Shown here: piece after piece, positions 30,481-41,412 of the stretch | How the letters are laid out: each line of letters begins with the position of its first letter | How positions within the stretch are numbered: position 1 is the stretch's first letter | Made by a program: the position numbers and the translations under genes | Assembly (NCBI GenBank): GCA_965220895.1 | Contig: OZ244850.1 | Location: forward strand, 1,300,861-1,364,860 | Reading direction: 5' to 3' | DNA length: 64,000 nucleotides | Origin: Gammaproteobacteria bacterium | GTDB lineage: Bacteria; Pseudomonadota; Gammaproteobacteria; UBA4575 | The notes under the pieces: generated by a model | Seen by the model: the letters and a program-made list of their open reading frames with translations, nothing else | Told to the model about the DNA's origin: nothing | Database searches by the model: none

Positions 30481-31506
30481 ATGAATATTGAGGAACTGAA
30501 CAAGATCGCCCATGCCATGGTGGCGCCCGGTCGCGGGATTCTTGCCATGGATGAAAGCCATCCAACCTGCAACAAGCGCTTTGAGAAGCTTGGAATCCCT
30601 ACCACGGAACCGATGCGCCAGGCCTATCGGGACATGCTGGTCACCGCACCCGGTCTGTCCGACTATGTCAGTGGTGCAATTTTATTTGATGAGACCATCC
30701 GCCAGAAAACCCTGGATGGAGCCCCGTTTGCGGACCATCTGTCGGATCTCGGCATTATCCCCGGCATCAAGGTGGATGCCGGCGCAAAGCCTCTGGCCGG
30801 GTCCGAGAACGAGAAGGTCACTCATGGACTGGACGGGCTGGCCGAGCGCTGTGCCGAGTACTATGAGATGGGTGCACGGTTTTCCAAGTGGCGTGCGGTC
30901 ATCACGATCAGAGAGGGGCTTCCCAGCTGGGCCTGCATCGAGGCCAACGCCCATGCCCTGGCCCGCTATGCACGCATAAGCCAGGAGGCGGGGCTGGTTC
31001 CCATCGTGGAACCGGAAGTGCTCATGGACGGGGATCATTCCATCGCGCGCTGCTACGATGTCACGGAGCTCACCCAGCGGGTGGTCTTCTACCAGCTCAA
31101 GAATCAGGGTGTTGCCCTGGAAGGGATAGTGCTCAAGCCCAGCATGGTGATTTCGGGCGCTACTGACAGTGCCCGTGCCGATGTGGAAACGGTGGCAGAA
31201 CAGACGGTGCGTTGCTTGCAGAACACGGTGCCTGCGGCCGTACCCGGCATCGCTTTTTTATCGGGTGGGCAAACCGACCAGGAAGCCAGCCAGCATCTCA
31301 ACGCAATCAACTTGTCGGAACGCACCAAGCCCTGGGCCTTGACATTTTCCTACGGGCGTGCCCTGCAGCAGACGGCGATGCAAGTCTGGAAAGGCGACAG
31401 CGAGAATGTGAGAAAGGCCCAGCAGGCCCTGCTGTGGCGTGCCCAATGCAATGGTTCGGCGGCTCTCGGGAAGTACTCGGATGCCCTGGAAAAACAGGCG
31501 GCCTAG
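30481..31506 (+). CDS. fba: Fructose-bisphosphate aldolase, class I
   Basis: Class I (Schiff-base) aldolase family: ...GILAMDESHPTCNKRFE..., Lys-containing ILLKPSMV-type region. Start at ATG 30481 with gaggag RBS. Confidence 0.9.
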   Translation: MNIEELNKIAHAMVAPGRGILAMDESHPTCNKRFEKLGIPTTEPMRQAYRDMLVTAPGLSDYVSGAILFDETIRQKTLDGAPFADHLSDLGIIPGIKVDAGAKPLAGSENEKVTHGLDGLAERCAEYYEMGARFSKWRAVITIREGLPSWACIEANAHALARYARISQEAGLVPIVEPEVLMDGDHSIARCYDVTELTQRVVFYQLKNQGVALEGIVLKPSMVISGATDSARADVETVAEQTVRCLQNTVPAAVPGIAFLSGGQTDQEASQHLNAINLSERTKPWALTFSYGRALQQTAMQVWKGDSENVRKAQQALLWRAQCNGSAALGKYSDALEKQAA

Positions 31507-31674
31507 ACGTCGGGCTGGTGCACGGTGTGCCGAGAACACCGGCATGCACTGCTGCATGAGTGCGCCGGTATACCAGTTTACCTATAATTTCCAGTGCTCG
31601 GGAGCGCAAGCCAGTTCAGTCGCCTAATGAATGCAGCAACTTTATACATATTATTGTAGAAAACACCTACGTGA

Positions 31675-32025
<351 letters not shown>

Positions 32026-32044
32026 GCGCTACCGGGGACAAGCA

Positions 32045-33343
32045 ATGAGAACCATACATAAAAGCCTATATCTTTTTGCCGTTTTGCTCTGTGTGCTGCC
32101 GACGGCCGTACTGGCCGAGTCCGCCCTGGATACCGGGGATACCGCCTGGATACTGACTTCCACGGCACTGGTGCTGTTCATGACCATCCCGGGACTGTCA
32201 CTGTTTTATGCCGGCTTGGTGCGCAGCAAGAATGTGCTGTCGGTGCTGATGCAGTGTTTTTCGATTACCTGTCTGGTCTCCCTTTTATGGCTGGTGTTCG
32301 GTTACAGCCTGGCGTTCAGTGACGGCGGCAGCCTGAACAACTGGCTGGGAGGACTGGCCAATGCATTCCTGTCGGAGGTTACACGGGACTCGATGAGCGG
32401 CACCATCCCGGAAACCGTGTTCGTCATGTTTCAGTTGACCTTTGCCATCATTACCCCTGCGCTTGTCGTCGGCGGTTTTGCAGAGCGCATGAAGTTCTCT
32501 TCCATGCTGTGGTTTACGACATTGTGGCTGCTGCTAGTCTATCTCCCGGTCTGTCACTGGGTATGGGGGGGCGGCTGGCTAGGCGAGAAAGGCATCCTGG
32601 ATTTTGCGGGGGGCCTGGTCGTACACTTGACGGCAGGAACGGGTGCGATTGTTGCCGCCATGGTGCTCGGCAAAAGGAGAGGGTTTCCGAGGACCGCCAT
32701 GCCGCCCCATAACCTCACCATGTCGGTGACCGGGGCCGGGATGCTGTGGGTCGGATGGTTCGGTTTCAACGCCGGAAGCGCGGTGGCTGCCAACCAGGAT
32801 GCGGGAATGGCCATGCTGGTCACGCATCTCAGCGCTGCCACGGCATCCTTGGTATGGATGTTTGCGGAATGGATTCGCTACGGCAAGCCCAGTGTCCTGG
32901 GTATCGTTACGGGCATGGTAGCAGGTCTTGGCAGCATCACGCCGGCCTCCGGTTTTGTCGGCCCGCTGGGGGCACTCGTCATCGGGGCGGTTGCCGGTTT
33001 CGTCTGCTTTGCAGCGACCAACTACATCAAGCGCGTCCTGCAAATCGACGACTCACTGGACGTATTCCCAGTGCATGGAATCGGCGGAATCTTGGGCACA
33101 TTTCTCTGTGGCATTCTGGTGGCCGAGCAATTTGGAGGGGCCGGCCTGGCAGAGGGCGTGACCATGGGTCAGCAGCTGTGGGTCCAGCTTCAGGGCATTC
33201 TCGCAGTGCTGGTCTGGACGGCCGCTGCGACCTTTGTGATCCTGCAGATCATCAAGGTCATTACCGGGCTGCGCGTTGACGACCAGCAGGAAACGGAAGG
33301 CCTGGATATCACTCAGCACGAGGAAGCCGGCTACAACATGTAG
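32045..33343 (+). CDS. amtB: Ammonium transporter AmtB
   Basis: Signal peptide, 11-TM Amt/MEP family with conserved DFAGG and twin-His region. Start at ATG 32045. Confidence 0.9.
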   Translation: MRTIHKSLYLFAVLLCVLPTAVLAESALDTGDTAWILTSTALVLFMTIPGLSLFYAGLVRSKNVLSVLMQCFSITCLVSLLWLVFGYSLAFSDGGSLNNWLGGLANAFLSEVTRDSMSGTIPETVFVMFQLTFAIITPALVVGGFAERMKFSSMLWFTTLWLLLVYLPVCHWVWGGGWLGEKGILDFAGGLVVHLTAGTGAIVAAMVLGKRRGFPRTAMPPHNLTMSVTGAGMLWVGWFGFNAGSAVAANQDAGMAMLVTHLSAATASLVWMFAEWIRYGKPSVLGIVTGMVAGLGSITPASGFVGPLGALVIGAVAGFVCFAATNYIKRVLQIDDSLDVFPVHGIGGILGTFLCGILVAEQFGGAGLAEGVTMGQQLWVQLQGILAVLVWTAAATFVILQIIKVITGLRVDDQQETEGLDITQHEEAGYNM

Positions 33344-33391
33344 GTTGGGTTGAGAATAAGGGGTTCGCGGGCGAGGGTCCGGGGCCCCTAT

Positions 33392-34078
33392 TCAGTGACT
33401 CCTGATCGCCTGCAGGATCAAGACAGCCTTGCGGGCGGCCTTTTGCAGCGTTTCCTGATGAGAAAGAGTGAACACCGGAGCTTCAAGCAGCAGGCTCAGG
33501 TCTTCGCAGTTGTTCATTGCGGGTGTTTCACACGCATTCCTTTGGCTCAGGATCACTGCACACACGGATAGCCCGTGAGAGTGAATCGCCTCGATCGTCA
33601 GCAAGACGTGGTTGATGCAGCCAAGCTTGTCATTCGCAACCAGCAAGACCGGCAGGCCAAGTCTTTTGGCCAGACTTGAATTCATGCCATCTTCGCAAAG
33701 CGGCGAGTAAAATCCTCCTGCGCCTTCGACCACCAGGAAATCGTCACGCCCCGTTCCCTGGATGCATTTCGCATAGACCTCTTCTGTGTAGGCTGGCTGG
33801 CTGGCCAGGCGTGCTGCGCGTTGCGGCGAGATCGCCGGCTCAAAGCGAAAAGGACAGACCTCGGAAAGCGCGAATTTCCGGTTGGCAGCCTCGTAGTACT
33901 GGTACGCATCTTGTGGCACCAGTTCATCGCGTACGCGCTTGCATCCGGATTCGATGGGTTTGCGTGGTACGGCATTGATGTTGTTCTCGTGCAGCAAGGC
34001 CACGACCTGAGTGCCGACGTAGGTCTTGCCGGCGTCGGTGTCCGTGCCCGTGATGAATATTCCTTTGCGCGGGATCAT
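33392..34078 (-). CDS. bioD: ATP-dependent dethiobiotin synthetase
   Basis: P-loop GTDTDAGKT and overall BioD similarity; 228 aa. Confidence 0.85.
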   Translation of the reverse strand: MIPRKGIFITGTDTDAGKTYVGTQVVALLHENNINAVPRKPIESGCKRVRDELVPQDAYQYYEAANRKFALSEVCPFRFEPAISPQRAARLASQPAYTEEVYAKCIQGTGRDDFLVVEGAGGFYSPLCEDGMNSSLAKRLGLPVLLVANDKLGCINHVLLTIEAIHSHGLSVCAVILSQRNACETPAMNNCEDLSLLLEAPVFTLSHQETLQKAARKAVLILQAIRSH

Positions 34079-34090
34079 GATGAGGGATGA

Positions 34091-34975
34091 TCAGATTCGG
34101 GTCCCGGTCAATTGTTCGCAGGCTTCCCGGTATTTTTCACTGGTCTTCTCGATGACTTCCCGGGGCAGTCTTGGTCCCGGTTTCTGCTTGTCCCAGTCCA
34201 GCGTTTCCAGATAGTCGCGGACAAACTGCTTGTCGAGGCTTTTCGGATTTTTGCCCGGAACATAGGAAGCCCTGGGCCAGAACCGTGACGAGTCCGAAGT
34301 AAGTATCTCGTCCATCAAGACGATGTTCTCCTCGCTGTCCAGACCAAATTCAAATTTCGTGTCCGCAACGATGATGCCGCGCTGCAAGGCATATTCAGCC
34401 GCGCGGCTGTATATCTGGATGCTGAGATCACGCACGTGCTCGGCAATTTCCCGGCCGACCAGATTGACAACTTCGTAGAACTGGACGTTTACGTCGTGCT
34501 CCCCCACCTGGGCCTTGGTCGATGGCGTGAAGATGGGCTCCTCGAGTTCTTGCGCCAGTTTCAGGTTTTCGGGCAAGGGCACCCCGCAGATCCTGCCGGT
34601 CTGCTGGTATTCCTTCCAGCCGGATCCGATGATGTAGCCGCGTACGATGGCTTCAAATGGCAGTGCCTTGAGCTTTTGCACGATAATGCTTCGCCCGGCA
34701 AGAATCCTCAATTCCTGCTCGTCCTTGATGACGGCTTCAAGAGGGATTTCGCTGAGGTGGTTATCCACCAGGTTTGCAAACCGGTGAAACCAGAAGTTGG
34801 ACACGGTGGTCAGTGCAATACCTTTTTTTGGGATCAGGTCGGGTAAGATCACATCGAAGGCAGAGATACGGTCGCTGGTTACAATCAGCCAGTGCCTGTC
34901 ATCGATCTCGTAAATATCTCGAACTTTGCCCTGGTATATTTTATTCAGGGATTTCAATCCGGGTTCTAGCAACAT
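34091..34975 (-). CDS. purC: Phosphoribosylaminoimidazole-succinocarboxamide synthase (long form)
   Basis: 294 aa SAICAR synthetase: ...YQGKVRDIYEIDDRHWLIVTSDRISAFD... Confidence 0.9.
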   Translation of the reverse strand: MLLEPGLKSLNKIYQGKVRDIYEIDDRHWLIVTSDRISAFDVILPDLIPKKGIALTTVSNFWFHRFANLVDNHLSEIPLEAVIKDEQELRILAGRSIIVQKLKALPFEAIVRGYIIGSGWKEYQQTGRICGVPLPENLKLAQELEEPIFTPSTKAQVGEHDVNVQFYEVVNLVGREIAEHVRDLSIQIYSRAAEYALQRGIIVADTKFEFGLDSEENIVLMDEILTSDSSRFWPRASYVPGKNPKSLDKQFVRDYLETLDWDKQKPGPRLPREVIEKTSEKYREACEQLTGTRI

Positions 34976-35079
34976 TTCGGAATTTCGGCAGCCAATTGTC
35001 TAGCGCATACTGGTTTTATTGACCTGTCTCAGCCAAAATGCGCGTTTGTTTCCATAATCCGCACGGGGGAACAGACGTA

Positions 35080-35568
35080 ATGGCCAATCCAACAGTAAGC
35101 CTGATCATGGGGAGCAGTAGCGACTGGTCGGTCATGCACGCAGCTGCAGACATCCTGGACCAGTTCGGCATATTGTACGAGAAGCGCGTGATTTCTGCAC
35201 ACCGAACCCCGGATCTGATGGCAGAGTTTTCGCAATCCGCATCATCGCGCGGCATTCGGTGCATCATAGCCGGTGCAGGCGGTGCCGCTCACTTACCCGG
35301 GATGGTGGCTGCAATGACTCCTGTACCCGTTCTTGGAGTGCCTGTTCCAGGCAAACACCTCTCGGGGCAGGACTCGCTGTATTCGATCGTACAGATGCCC
35401 AAGGGCATTCCCGTTGCAACATTTGCCATCGGGGAGGCCGGTGCCGCCAATGCCGGGCTCTTTGCGGTTTCTATCCTGGCCAACAGCGACAAGGATCTGA
35501 AAGCAAAGCTGGATGAGTTTCGCGCAGAGCAGACCTCCAGGGTGCTGGCTGCCCGGTTGCCCGACTGA
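35080..35568 (+). CDS. purE: N5-carboxyaminoimidazole ribonucleotide mutase
   Basis: ...[10 protein letters not shown]... and ...[16 protein letters not shown]... PurE motifs. Start at ATG 35080. Confidence 0.9.
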   Translation: MANPTVSLIMGSSSDWSVMHAAADILDQFGILYEKRVISAHRTPDLMAEFSQSASSRGIRCIIAGAGGAAHLPGMVAAMTPVPVLGVPVPGKHLSGQDSLYSIVQMPKGIPVATFAIGEAGAANAGLFAVSILANSDKDLKAKLDEFRAEQTSRVLAARLPD

Positions 35569-35569
35569 A

Positions 35570-36691
35570 ATGGTTTTGCCAGGGGCCACACTTGGCATGC
35601 TGGGCGGTGGCCAGCTCGGGCGCATGTTTGTCCATGCCGCAACGGCCATGGGCTACCGTGTGATGGTACTCGACCCCAGCCCTGACAGCCCGGCCGGGGA
35701 AATTGCCCACTCGCATCTGCAGGCGGACTACACGGATGAGCAGGCCCTGGATGCGCTGGCCCGGGAATGCGCTGTCGTGACCACAGAATTCGAGAATGTG
35801 CCGGCACAAGTGCTGCAATACCTGCGAGACGGCTGCAGCGTGTACCCAAGCCCGGATGCCGTAAGTGTCGCGCAATGCCGGATCAGGGAAAAGCAGTATG
35901 CGCGGTCCCTTGGCATTCCCTGTACGGCCTTTCAGCCTGTGCGCAGCGACCGGGACATCCAGCAGGCCTTTGAGGAAATTGGTCCGGATCTGATTCTCAA
36001 AACTGACCGTTTCGGGTATGACGGCAAGGGTCAGGTCTCTGTATCCAGTGTCGAGCAGGCCATGGAAGCGTGGATGGGTTTGGACAAGATAGAGTGCATT
36101 CTGGAGAAAAGGATTGATCTGAAGACAGAAATTTCCAGTGTGCTGGCGCGCTCCTCGAGCGGCGAGACAAGTTTTTTCAGGATTGCCGAAAACCTGCATC
36201 GCGACGGCATCCTGTTCACCAGTACGGTTCCAGCGGGCGTGGACGAAGCTATCCAGGATCTGGCCCGGTCCTACGCAAAGAAAATTGCCGAGGACCTGGA
36301 TTATTGCGGTGTACTGGCTGTTGAGTACTTTGTCGATCAGGACAACCACCTCTACTTTAATGAGATGGCGCCGCGCACGCATAACAGCGGGCATTACACG
36401 ATTGATGCCTGTTACACGTCCCAGTTTGAGCAGCAGGTACGCGCGGTCTGCGGCCTGTCTCTGGGCAGTGCCGCCACGCACAGTGCCATTACCATGGTGA
36501 ACCTGCTGGGGGATCTTTGGCAGCCGGGAGAGCCTCGCTGGGATGACCTCATGGAGGATCCCGGTGTCAAACTGCATCTGTATGGCAAGAAGCAGGCACG
36601 CCCGGGGCGAAAAATGGGACATTTTTGCGTGCTCGCACCCCCCGGCGAGGACACCCGGGCCCGGGCAGAGCAGCTGTACTCAAGACTGTAG
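35570..36691 (+). CDS. purK: N5-carboxyaminoimidazole ribonucleotide synthase
   Basis: ATP-grasp. LGMLGGGQLGRM N-terminal motif. ATG 35570 lies 1 nt after the purE stop. Confidence 0.9.
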   Translation: MVLPGATLGMLGGGQLGRMFVHAATAMGYRVMVLDPSPDSPAGEIAHSHLQADYTDEQALDALARECAVVTTEFENVPAQVLQYLRDGCSVYPSPDAVSVAQCRIREKQYARSLGIPCTAFQPVRSDRDIQQAFEEIGPDLILKTDRFGYDGKGQVSVSSVEQAMEAWMGLDKIECILEKRIDLKTEISSVLARSSSGETSFFRIAENLHRDGILFTSTVPAGVDEAIQDLARSYAKKIAEDLDYCGVLAVEYFVDQDNHLYFNEMAPRTHNSGHYTIDACYTSQFEQQVRAVCGLSLGSAATHSAITMVNLLGDLWQPGEPRWDDLMEDPGVKLHLYGKKQARPGRKMGHFCVLAPPGEDTRARAEQLYSRL

Positions 36692-36715
36692 TCCGCCTTG
36701 AACCTGCCATCTTCC

Positions 36716-37711
36716 ATGGAAAAGTTTTCCGCGTTTCGTATTCACACGGACGAGCGCGGAACCCGTGCCGGAGTCGAGTCGCTGGGGCTGGAGCAGTTGT
36801 CCGAAGGCGATGTCATTATTCGCGTACATTACTCCAGCGTGAACTACAAGGATGCGCTGGCGGCCACCGGTACATCAAAAATTCTCAGAAAATCACCCCT
36901 GGTGGGTGGAATTGATCTTGCGGGCGAGGTGGTGGAGTCCTCCAGCCCCCGGTTTTCACAAGGTGATGCGGTCATTGTGAACGGAAGCGGTCTCAGTGAA
37001 GTGCACGATGGAGGCTATGCAGAATATGCGCGGGTTCCGGCCGACTGGATCGTACCCCTTCCGGCCCGGTTGCGCCTGGACCAGGCCATGGTGATCGGAA
37101 CGGCGGGCTTTACCGCTGCTTTGTGTATCCATCTGATGCAAGAAAATCACCAGCAAACAGTCGATGGGCCCGTGGTGGTAACCGGTGCCAGCGGAGGAGT
37201 CGGGAGTTTTGCAGTGGATCTTTTGCATAAACTCGGCTTTGAGGTTACGGCGGTCACGGGATCCTCGCGAGCGTCGGACTACCTGCGTGAACTGGGGGCG
37301 AACGAGGTGGTGACCAGGGACTGGGTAGAGTCTGGAGGGGGCATGCTGGAGAAGGCCCGCTGGGCCGGTGCCATCGACAACGTAGGCGGGGAGACGTTAA
37401 GCCACCTGGTGCGTGCGACCCGGCCCTGGGGCAATGTCGTGAGTGTGGGGATTGCAGGAGGCACCGGGTTTCATCTGTCGCCGATGCCCTTCATCATCCG
37501 CGGAGTCAACCTGCTGGGAGTCAGCTCATCCAATTGTCCACAGGAACTGAGAAAACAAATCTGGCAGCGCTTGGGCAGTGACCTTTACCCCAATCATATT
37601 GCCAGCATTCATGCACGAACCGCGTGTCTGGAGGAGTTGCCCGATGTGTTCGAACAGCTTTTGTGCAATGAAATTCAGGGACGGGTCCTGGTCAGTCTAC
37701 TGAAGGATTAG
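36716..37711 (+). CDS. YhdH/YhfP-family NADPH:quinone/acrylyl-CoA reductase-like MDR oxidoreductase
   Basis: Zinc-free MDR fold: ...FRIHTDERGTRAGVESLGLEQL...GASGGVGSFAV.... Start chosen at the first ATG (36716); the ORF track's TTG 36698 is less likely. Confidence 0.7.
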   Translation: MEKFSAFRIHTDERGTRAGVESLGLEQLSEGDVIIRVHYSSVNYKDALAATGTSKILRKSPLVGGIDLAGEVVESSSPRFSQGDAVIVNGSGLSEVHDGGYAEYARVPADWIVPLPARLRLDQAMVIGTAGFTAALCIHLMQENHQQTVDGPVVVTGASGGVGSFAVDLLHKLGFEVTAVTGSSRASDYLRELGANEVVTRDWVESGGGMLEKARWAGAIDNVGGETLSHLVRATRPWGNVVSVGIAGGTGFHLSPMPFIIRGVNLLGVSSSNCPQELRKQIWQRLGSDLYPNHIASIHARTACLEELPDVFEQLLCNEIQGRVLVSLLKD

Positions 37712-37742
37712 AATGGCCCGGTTGCTGGGCCGCGGCATGGAA

Positions 37743-38972
37743 TCAGGCGAAAAACCAATAGCCAACAGCAATGGCGGCGGTGACACCCGCTAGATCCGCG
37801 AACAGGCCACAGCCGATGGCGTGTCGTACACGCTGTATGCCAACGCTCCCAAAGTAGACAGCCAGCACATAAAAAGTGGTTTCCGTACTGCCCTGGATGG
37901 TCGCGGCCAGATTGGCTGCAAATGAATCGACCCCGTAGGTATTCATGGTTTCCAGCATCATGGCGCGGGCGCCGCTGCCCGAGAAAGGCCGCATCAGGGC
38001 CGTGGGCAAGGCTGCGACAAAGTCCGTATTCAACCCGAAAACGCCCAGCACGCCTGCAATGATGGCCAGGACCTGATCCAGGACCAGGCTGGCGCGCAAA
38101 ACCCCGATGGCCACCAGCATAGCCACAAGATAGGGAATGATTTTCACGGCCACCTCAAAGCCCTGTTTGGCCCCGTCGATAAAGGCGTCGTACACATTGA
38201 CCTTGCGCACATAGCCCAGCGCCAGGAATGAAATGATGACCAGCAACAGCAAAAGGTTGCCGAGCAGACTCGATCGCGCGGTCAGGCCGTCAGAGGGACC
38301 GTTCAGCAGAAAACCGAGCAGCAGCAGGATCAACAGCCCGAGCCCGGCCAGGTACGCCAGCACGGTCTTGTTGAGCAGGTTCAAGCCCTGGATGTAGGCG
38401 ACCAGCAGCAGGCCAGCCAAAGTCGATGCCGAGGTCGCGAGCAGAATCGGAATGAAGACGGCGGCCGGGTCCTCGGATCCCTGCTGTGCACGAAACAGGA
38501 AGATGGTCACCGGCAGCAGAGTCACGGATGATGTGTTCAGCACCAGAAACAGGATCTGTGCATTGCTTGCAATGGATTTGCTCGGATTGAGTTCCTGCAG
38601 GTCCTGCATGGCTTTCAGGCCCAGCGGGGTGGCCGCATTGTCAAGGCCCAGCATGTTTGCCGCCATATTCATGGTGATGGAGCCGATGGCGGGATGGTTG
38701 CTTGGCACCTCGGGCATAAGGTGCCTGAACAAGGGACGAAAAATTCTTGCCAGCAGGTCCACAAAACCGGCACGTTCTGCAATGGTGAAAAACCCTAGCC
38801 AGAGACAGAGCACGCCGATGAGTCCCAGTGCAATTTCAACGCTCAATGCCGCCATGTCAAACGTGGCCTGGATCACTTGCGCAAATATCGCGCCGTTATC
38901 ACGCACGAGGGCCTGATAGATGCAGCTCAGAAAGCCGGCAATAAAAAAACTGAGCCAGATGAGGTTAAGCAT
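37743..38972 (-). CDS. Nucleoside-recognition (Gate) domain membrane protein (SpmA/SpmB-like, YjiH/YjiG family)
   Basis: 409 aa polytopic membrane protein. Duplicated Gate-domain-like halves (...AANMLGLDNAATPLGLKAM...). Confidence 0.55.
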   Translation of the reverse strand: MLNLIWLSFFIAGFLSCIYQALVRDNGAIFAQVIQATFDMAALSVEIALGLIGVLCLWLGFFTIAERAGFVDLLARIFRPLFRHLMPEVPSNHPAIGSITMNMAANMLGLDNAATPLGLKAMQDLQELNPSKSIASNAQILFLVLNTSSVTLLPVTIFLFRAQQGSEDPAAVFIPILLATSASTLAGLLLVAYIQGLNLLNKTVLAYLAGLGLLILLLLGFLLNGPSDGLTARSSLLGNLLLLLVIISFLALGYVRKVNVYDAFIDGAKQGFEVAVKIIPYLVAMLVAIGVLRASLVLDQVLAIIAGVLGVFGLNTDFVAALPTALMRPFSGSGARAMMLETMNTYGVDSFAANLAATIQGSTETTFYVLAVYFGSVGIQRVRHAIGCGLFADLAGVTAAIAVGYWFFA

Positions 38973-39197
38973 GGGAAAAGCCTAGGCTTGGTTCTGCCTC
39001 ATCGGGTAGGCAGCAGGCGAGGTCGGGTGCAGCAGGTCGATGGTATGCCGGCAAATCCATTTTTAGCGTTCTCTTTGCTGTCGCTCGCCCGGTGGGGAAG
39101 CGACAGGCGTCGAACAGCCAAAGTTTACTGGAACCGGGCTGCAAATTACATGGTTATAAGCTAAAGTGCGGTTCCCTGAAACGAGCGTTTTGAAACC

Positions 39198-39869
39198 ATG
39201 CAAACTGACTGGATTGCACCCTCGATACTGTCGGCGGACCTTGCACGTCTTGGCGAGGATGTCGCCACCGTGCTGGATGCGGGTGCGGACATCATCCATC
39301 TGGATGTGATGGACAACCATTACGTCCCCAACCTCACGTTCGGCCCGGTGGTGTGTGAAGCCCTGCGCAACTACGGCGTCCAGGTGCCGATCGATGTCCA
39401 CCTGATGGTCAAGCCCGTGGACCGGATCATCACCAGTTTTGCACAGGCGGGGGCGAGCTACATCACGTTCCATCCCGAGGCATCGGAGCACATCGACCGG
39501 AGCCTGCAACTGGTCCGAGACTCGGGATGCAAGTCGGGGCTGGTATTCAATCCGGCCACTCCCCTGGATTTGCTGGAGTACGTGATGGAGAAAGTCGACA
39601 TGGTCCTGCTGATGTCGGTCAACCCGGGGTTCGGAGGGCAGAAATTCATCCCGTCCGTGCTGGACAAAATCCGGGCTGCCCGGGAATTGCTGGACCGTTC
39701 GGGTCTTGCCATTCGCTTGGAGGTGGATGGGGGGGTGAAAGTGGACAACATCGCCGAGATCAAGTCTGCGGGAGCGGATACCTTTGTGGCTGGCTCTGCG
39801 ATTTTCGGTGCGCCCGATTATGCGCACACCATTTCACAAATGCGCGAGCAGCTGGCAGGCGTGGAATAA
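39198..39869 (+). CDS. rpe: Ribulose-phosphate 3-epimerase
   Basis: ...[17 protein letters not shown]...[18 protein letters not shown]... full-length Rpe. Confidence 0.9.
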   Translation: MQTDWIAPSILSADLARLGEDVATVLDAGADIIHLDVMDNHYVPNLTFGPVVCEALRNYGVQVPIDVHLMVKPVDRIITSFAQAGASYITFHPEASEHIDRSLQLVRDSGCKSGLVFNPATPLDLLEYVMEKVDMVLLMSVNPGFGGQKFIPSVLDKIRAARELLDRSGLAIRLEVDGGVKVDNIAEIKSAGADTFVAGSAIFGAPDYAHTISQMREQLAGVE

Positions 39870-39914
39870 GCCTGCCTGACTTTCAAGACCCTCAACAGAC
39901 ACCCTGGAGATGAC

Positions 39915-41381
39915 GTGCAACTCACCGAGTTTGATGCGCTGAAAAAGCAGGGATATACCCATATCCCGCTGTTGAGGGAAGTCCTGGCCGATCTCTATAC
40001 CCCTTTAAGCGCCTACCTGAAGCTGGCCAACCGGCCGTTCACCTACCTGTTTGAATCCGTTCAGGGGGGAGAGAACTGGGGGCGGTATTCCGTCATTGGC
40101 CTGTCGTGCAACGAGCGCATCAAGGTTCTTGGAGAAGAGATCCTGCACGAGCGGGACGGCTGCCCTGAAACATCCACACGGAACCAGGACCCGCTCAGCT
40201 GGATACGCGAGTTCAAGCGGCAGTTTCGCGTGCCGGATATTCCCGAGTTGCCGCGCTTTACCGGAGGCCTGGTAGGCTATTTCGGCTACGACACGGTCAA
40301 GTACATCGAGCCCAGATTGGCTGGCATCACCAAGCCCGATGTCCTGAAGACACCCGATATTTTCCTGATGGTCTCCCGGGAGCTGGTGGTTTTCGACAAC
40401 CTGAGCGGCAGGATGTTCCTGATCGTGCATGCTGACCTGGGCGATGAACAGGCTTACCAAAAAGGTCAGCGGCGCCTGGATGAACTGATACGGACCTTGC
40501 GAGAGCCCGTGCCCGTTCCGGAGAGAACCTGCACCCAAAGGCAGCCGCTGAGCTTTACTTCGGAATTTCCGGAAAGCGCCTTCAAGCAGGCGGTGGAACG
40601 CACGCGCGAGTACATTCGCGCGGGAGACGTCATGCAGGTCGTGCTTTCGCAGCGCCAAAGTGCGGTCTTCGAGGATCCGCCGATCAACCTGTACCGGGGC
40701 TTGCGAAGCGTCAATCCCTCTCCCTACATGTACTATCTGGACATGGGCGATTTCCAGATCGTTGGCTCCTCTCCCGAAGTCCTGGTGCGCCTCGAGGACC
40801 GCGAGATCGCGGTGCGGCCCATTGCCGGAACCCGGCCTAGAGGGAAAGATCACGATCATGATCTAAGGGTTGAGCAGGAACTGCTGCAGGATCCCAAGGA
40901 ACTGGCCGAGCACCTGATGCTGATCGATTTGGGGCGCAATGACGTCGGCAAGGTCGCGAATACCGGCTCGGTGACCCTGACGGACAAGATGATCATCGAA
41001 CGCTATTCGCATGTCATGCACATCGTTTCGAATGTCACCGGGAAACTCAAGGAGCCGTTTGATGCGATCGATGTGATCCGGGCGGTGTTCCCGGCAGGTA
41101 CGGTGAGCGGTGCACCCAAAATCCGCGCCATGGAAATTGTCAACGAGTTCGAACCCGTGAAAAGAGGCATCTACTCGGGAGCGATCGGCTACATTTCCTG
41201 GGACGGAAACATGGATACGGCGATCGCAATCCGCACGGCCGTGATCAAGGATCGAAAACTGTACATCCAGGCCGGGGCGGGAATCGTTCATGATTCCGTA
41301 CCGGACAACGAGTGGGATGAAACGAACAACAAGGCAGGCGCCCTGATGAGGGCTGCGCAAATTGCGACATCGATCATCTGA
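39915..41381 (+). CDS. trpE: Anthranilate synthase component I
   Basis: Chorismate-binding enzyme with the LLES/FESVQGGEN Trp-feedback region. 488 aa, GTG start in track. Confidence 0.9.
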   Translation: MQLTEFDALKKQGYTHIPLLREVLADLYTPLSAYLKLANRPFTYLFESVQGGENWGRYSVIGLSCNERIKVLGEEILHERDGCPETSTRNQDPLSWIREFKRQFRVPDIPELPRFTGGLVGYFGYDTVKYIEPRLAGITKPDVLKTPDIFLMVSRELVVFDNLSGRMFLIVHADLGDEQAYQKGQRRLDELIRTLREPVPVPERTCTQRQPLSFTSEFPESAFKQAVERTREYIRAGDVMQVVLSQRQSAVFEDPPINLYRGLRSVNPSPYMYYLDMGDFQIVGSSPEVLVRLEDREIAVRPIAGTRPRGKDHDHDLRVEQELLQDPKELAEHLMLIDLGRNDVGKVANTGSVTLTDKMIIERYSHVMHIVSNVTGKLKEPFDAIDVIRAVFPAGTVSGAPKIRAMEIVNEFEPVKRGIYSGAIGYISWDGNMDTAIAIRTAVIKDRKLYIQAGAGIVHDSVPDNEWDETNNKAGALMRAAQIATSII

Positions 41382-41412
41382 GCCCGGCGATTGCGTATAA
41401 TCCGAAGCTGCC

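Noticed and set aside
33344-33391. GGGGCCCC palindrome between convergent amtB and bioD
   Set aside because: An 8-bp self-complementary site with no loop or T-tract. Too short to call a terminator.
35471-36622. 383-aa minus-strand ORF
   Set aside because: Antisense to purK.
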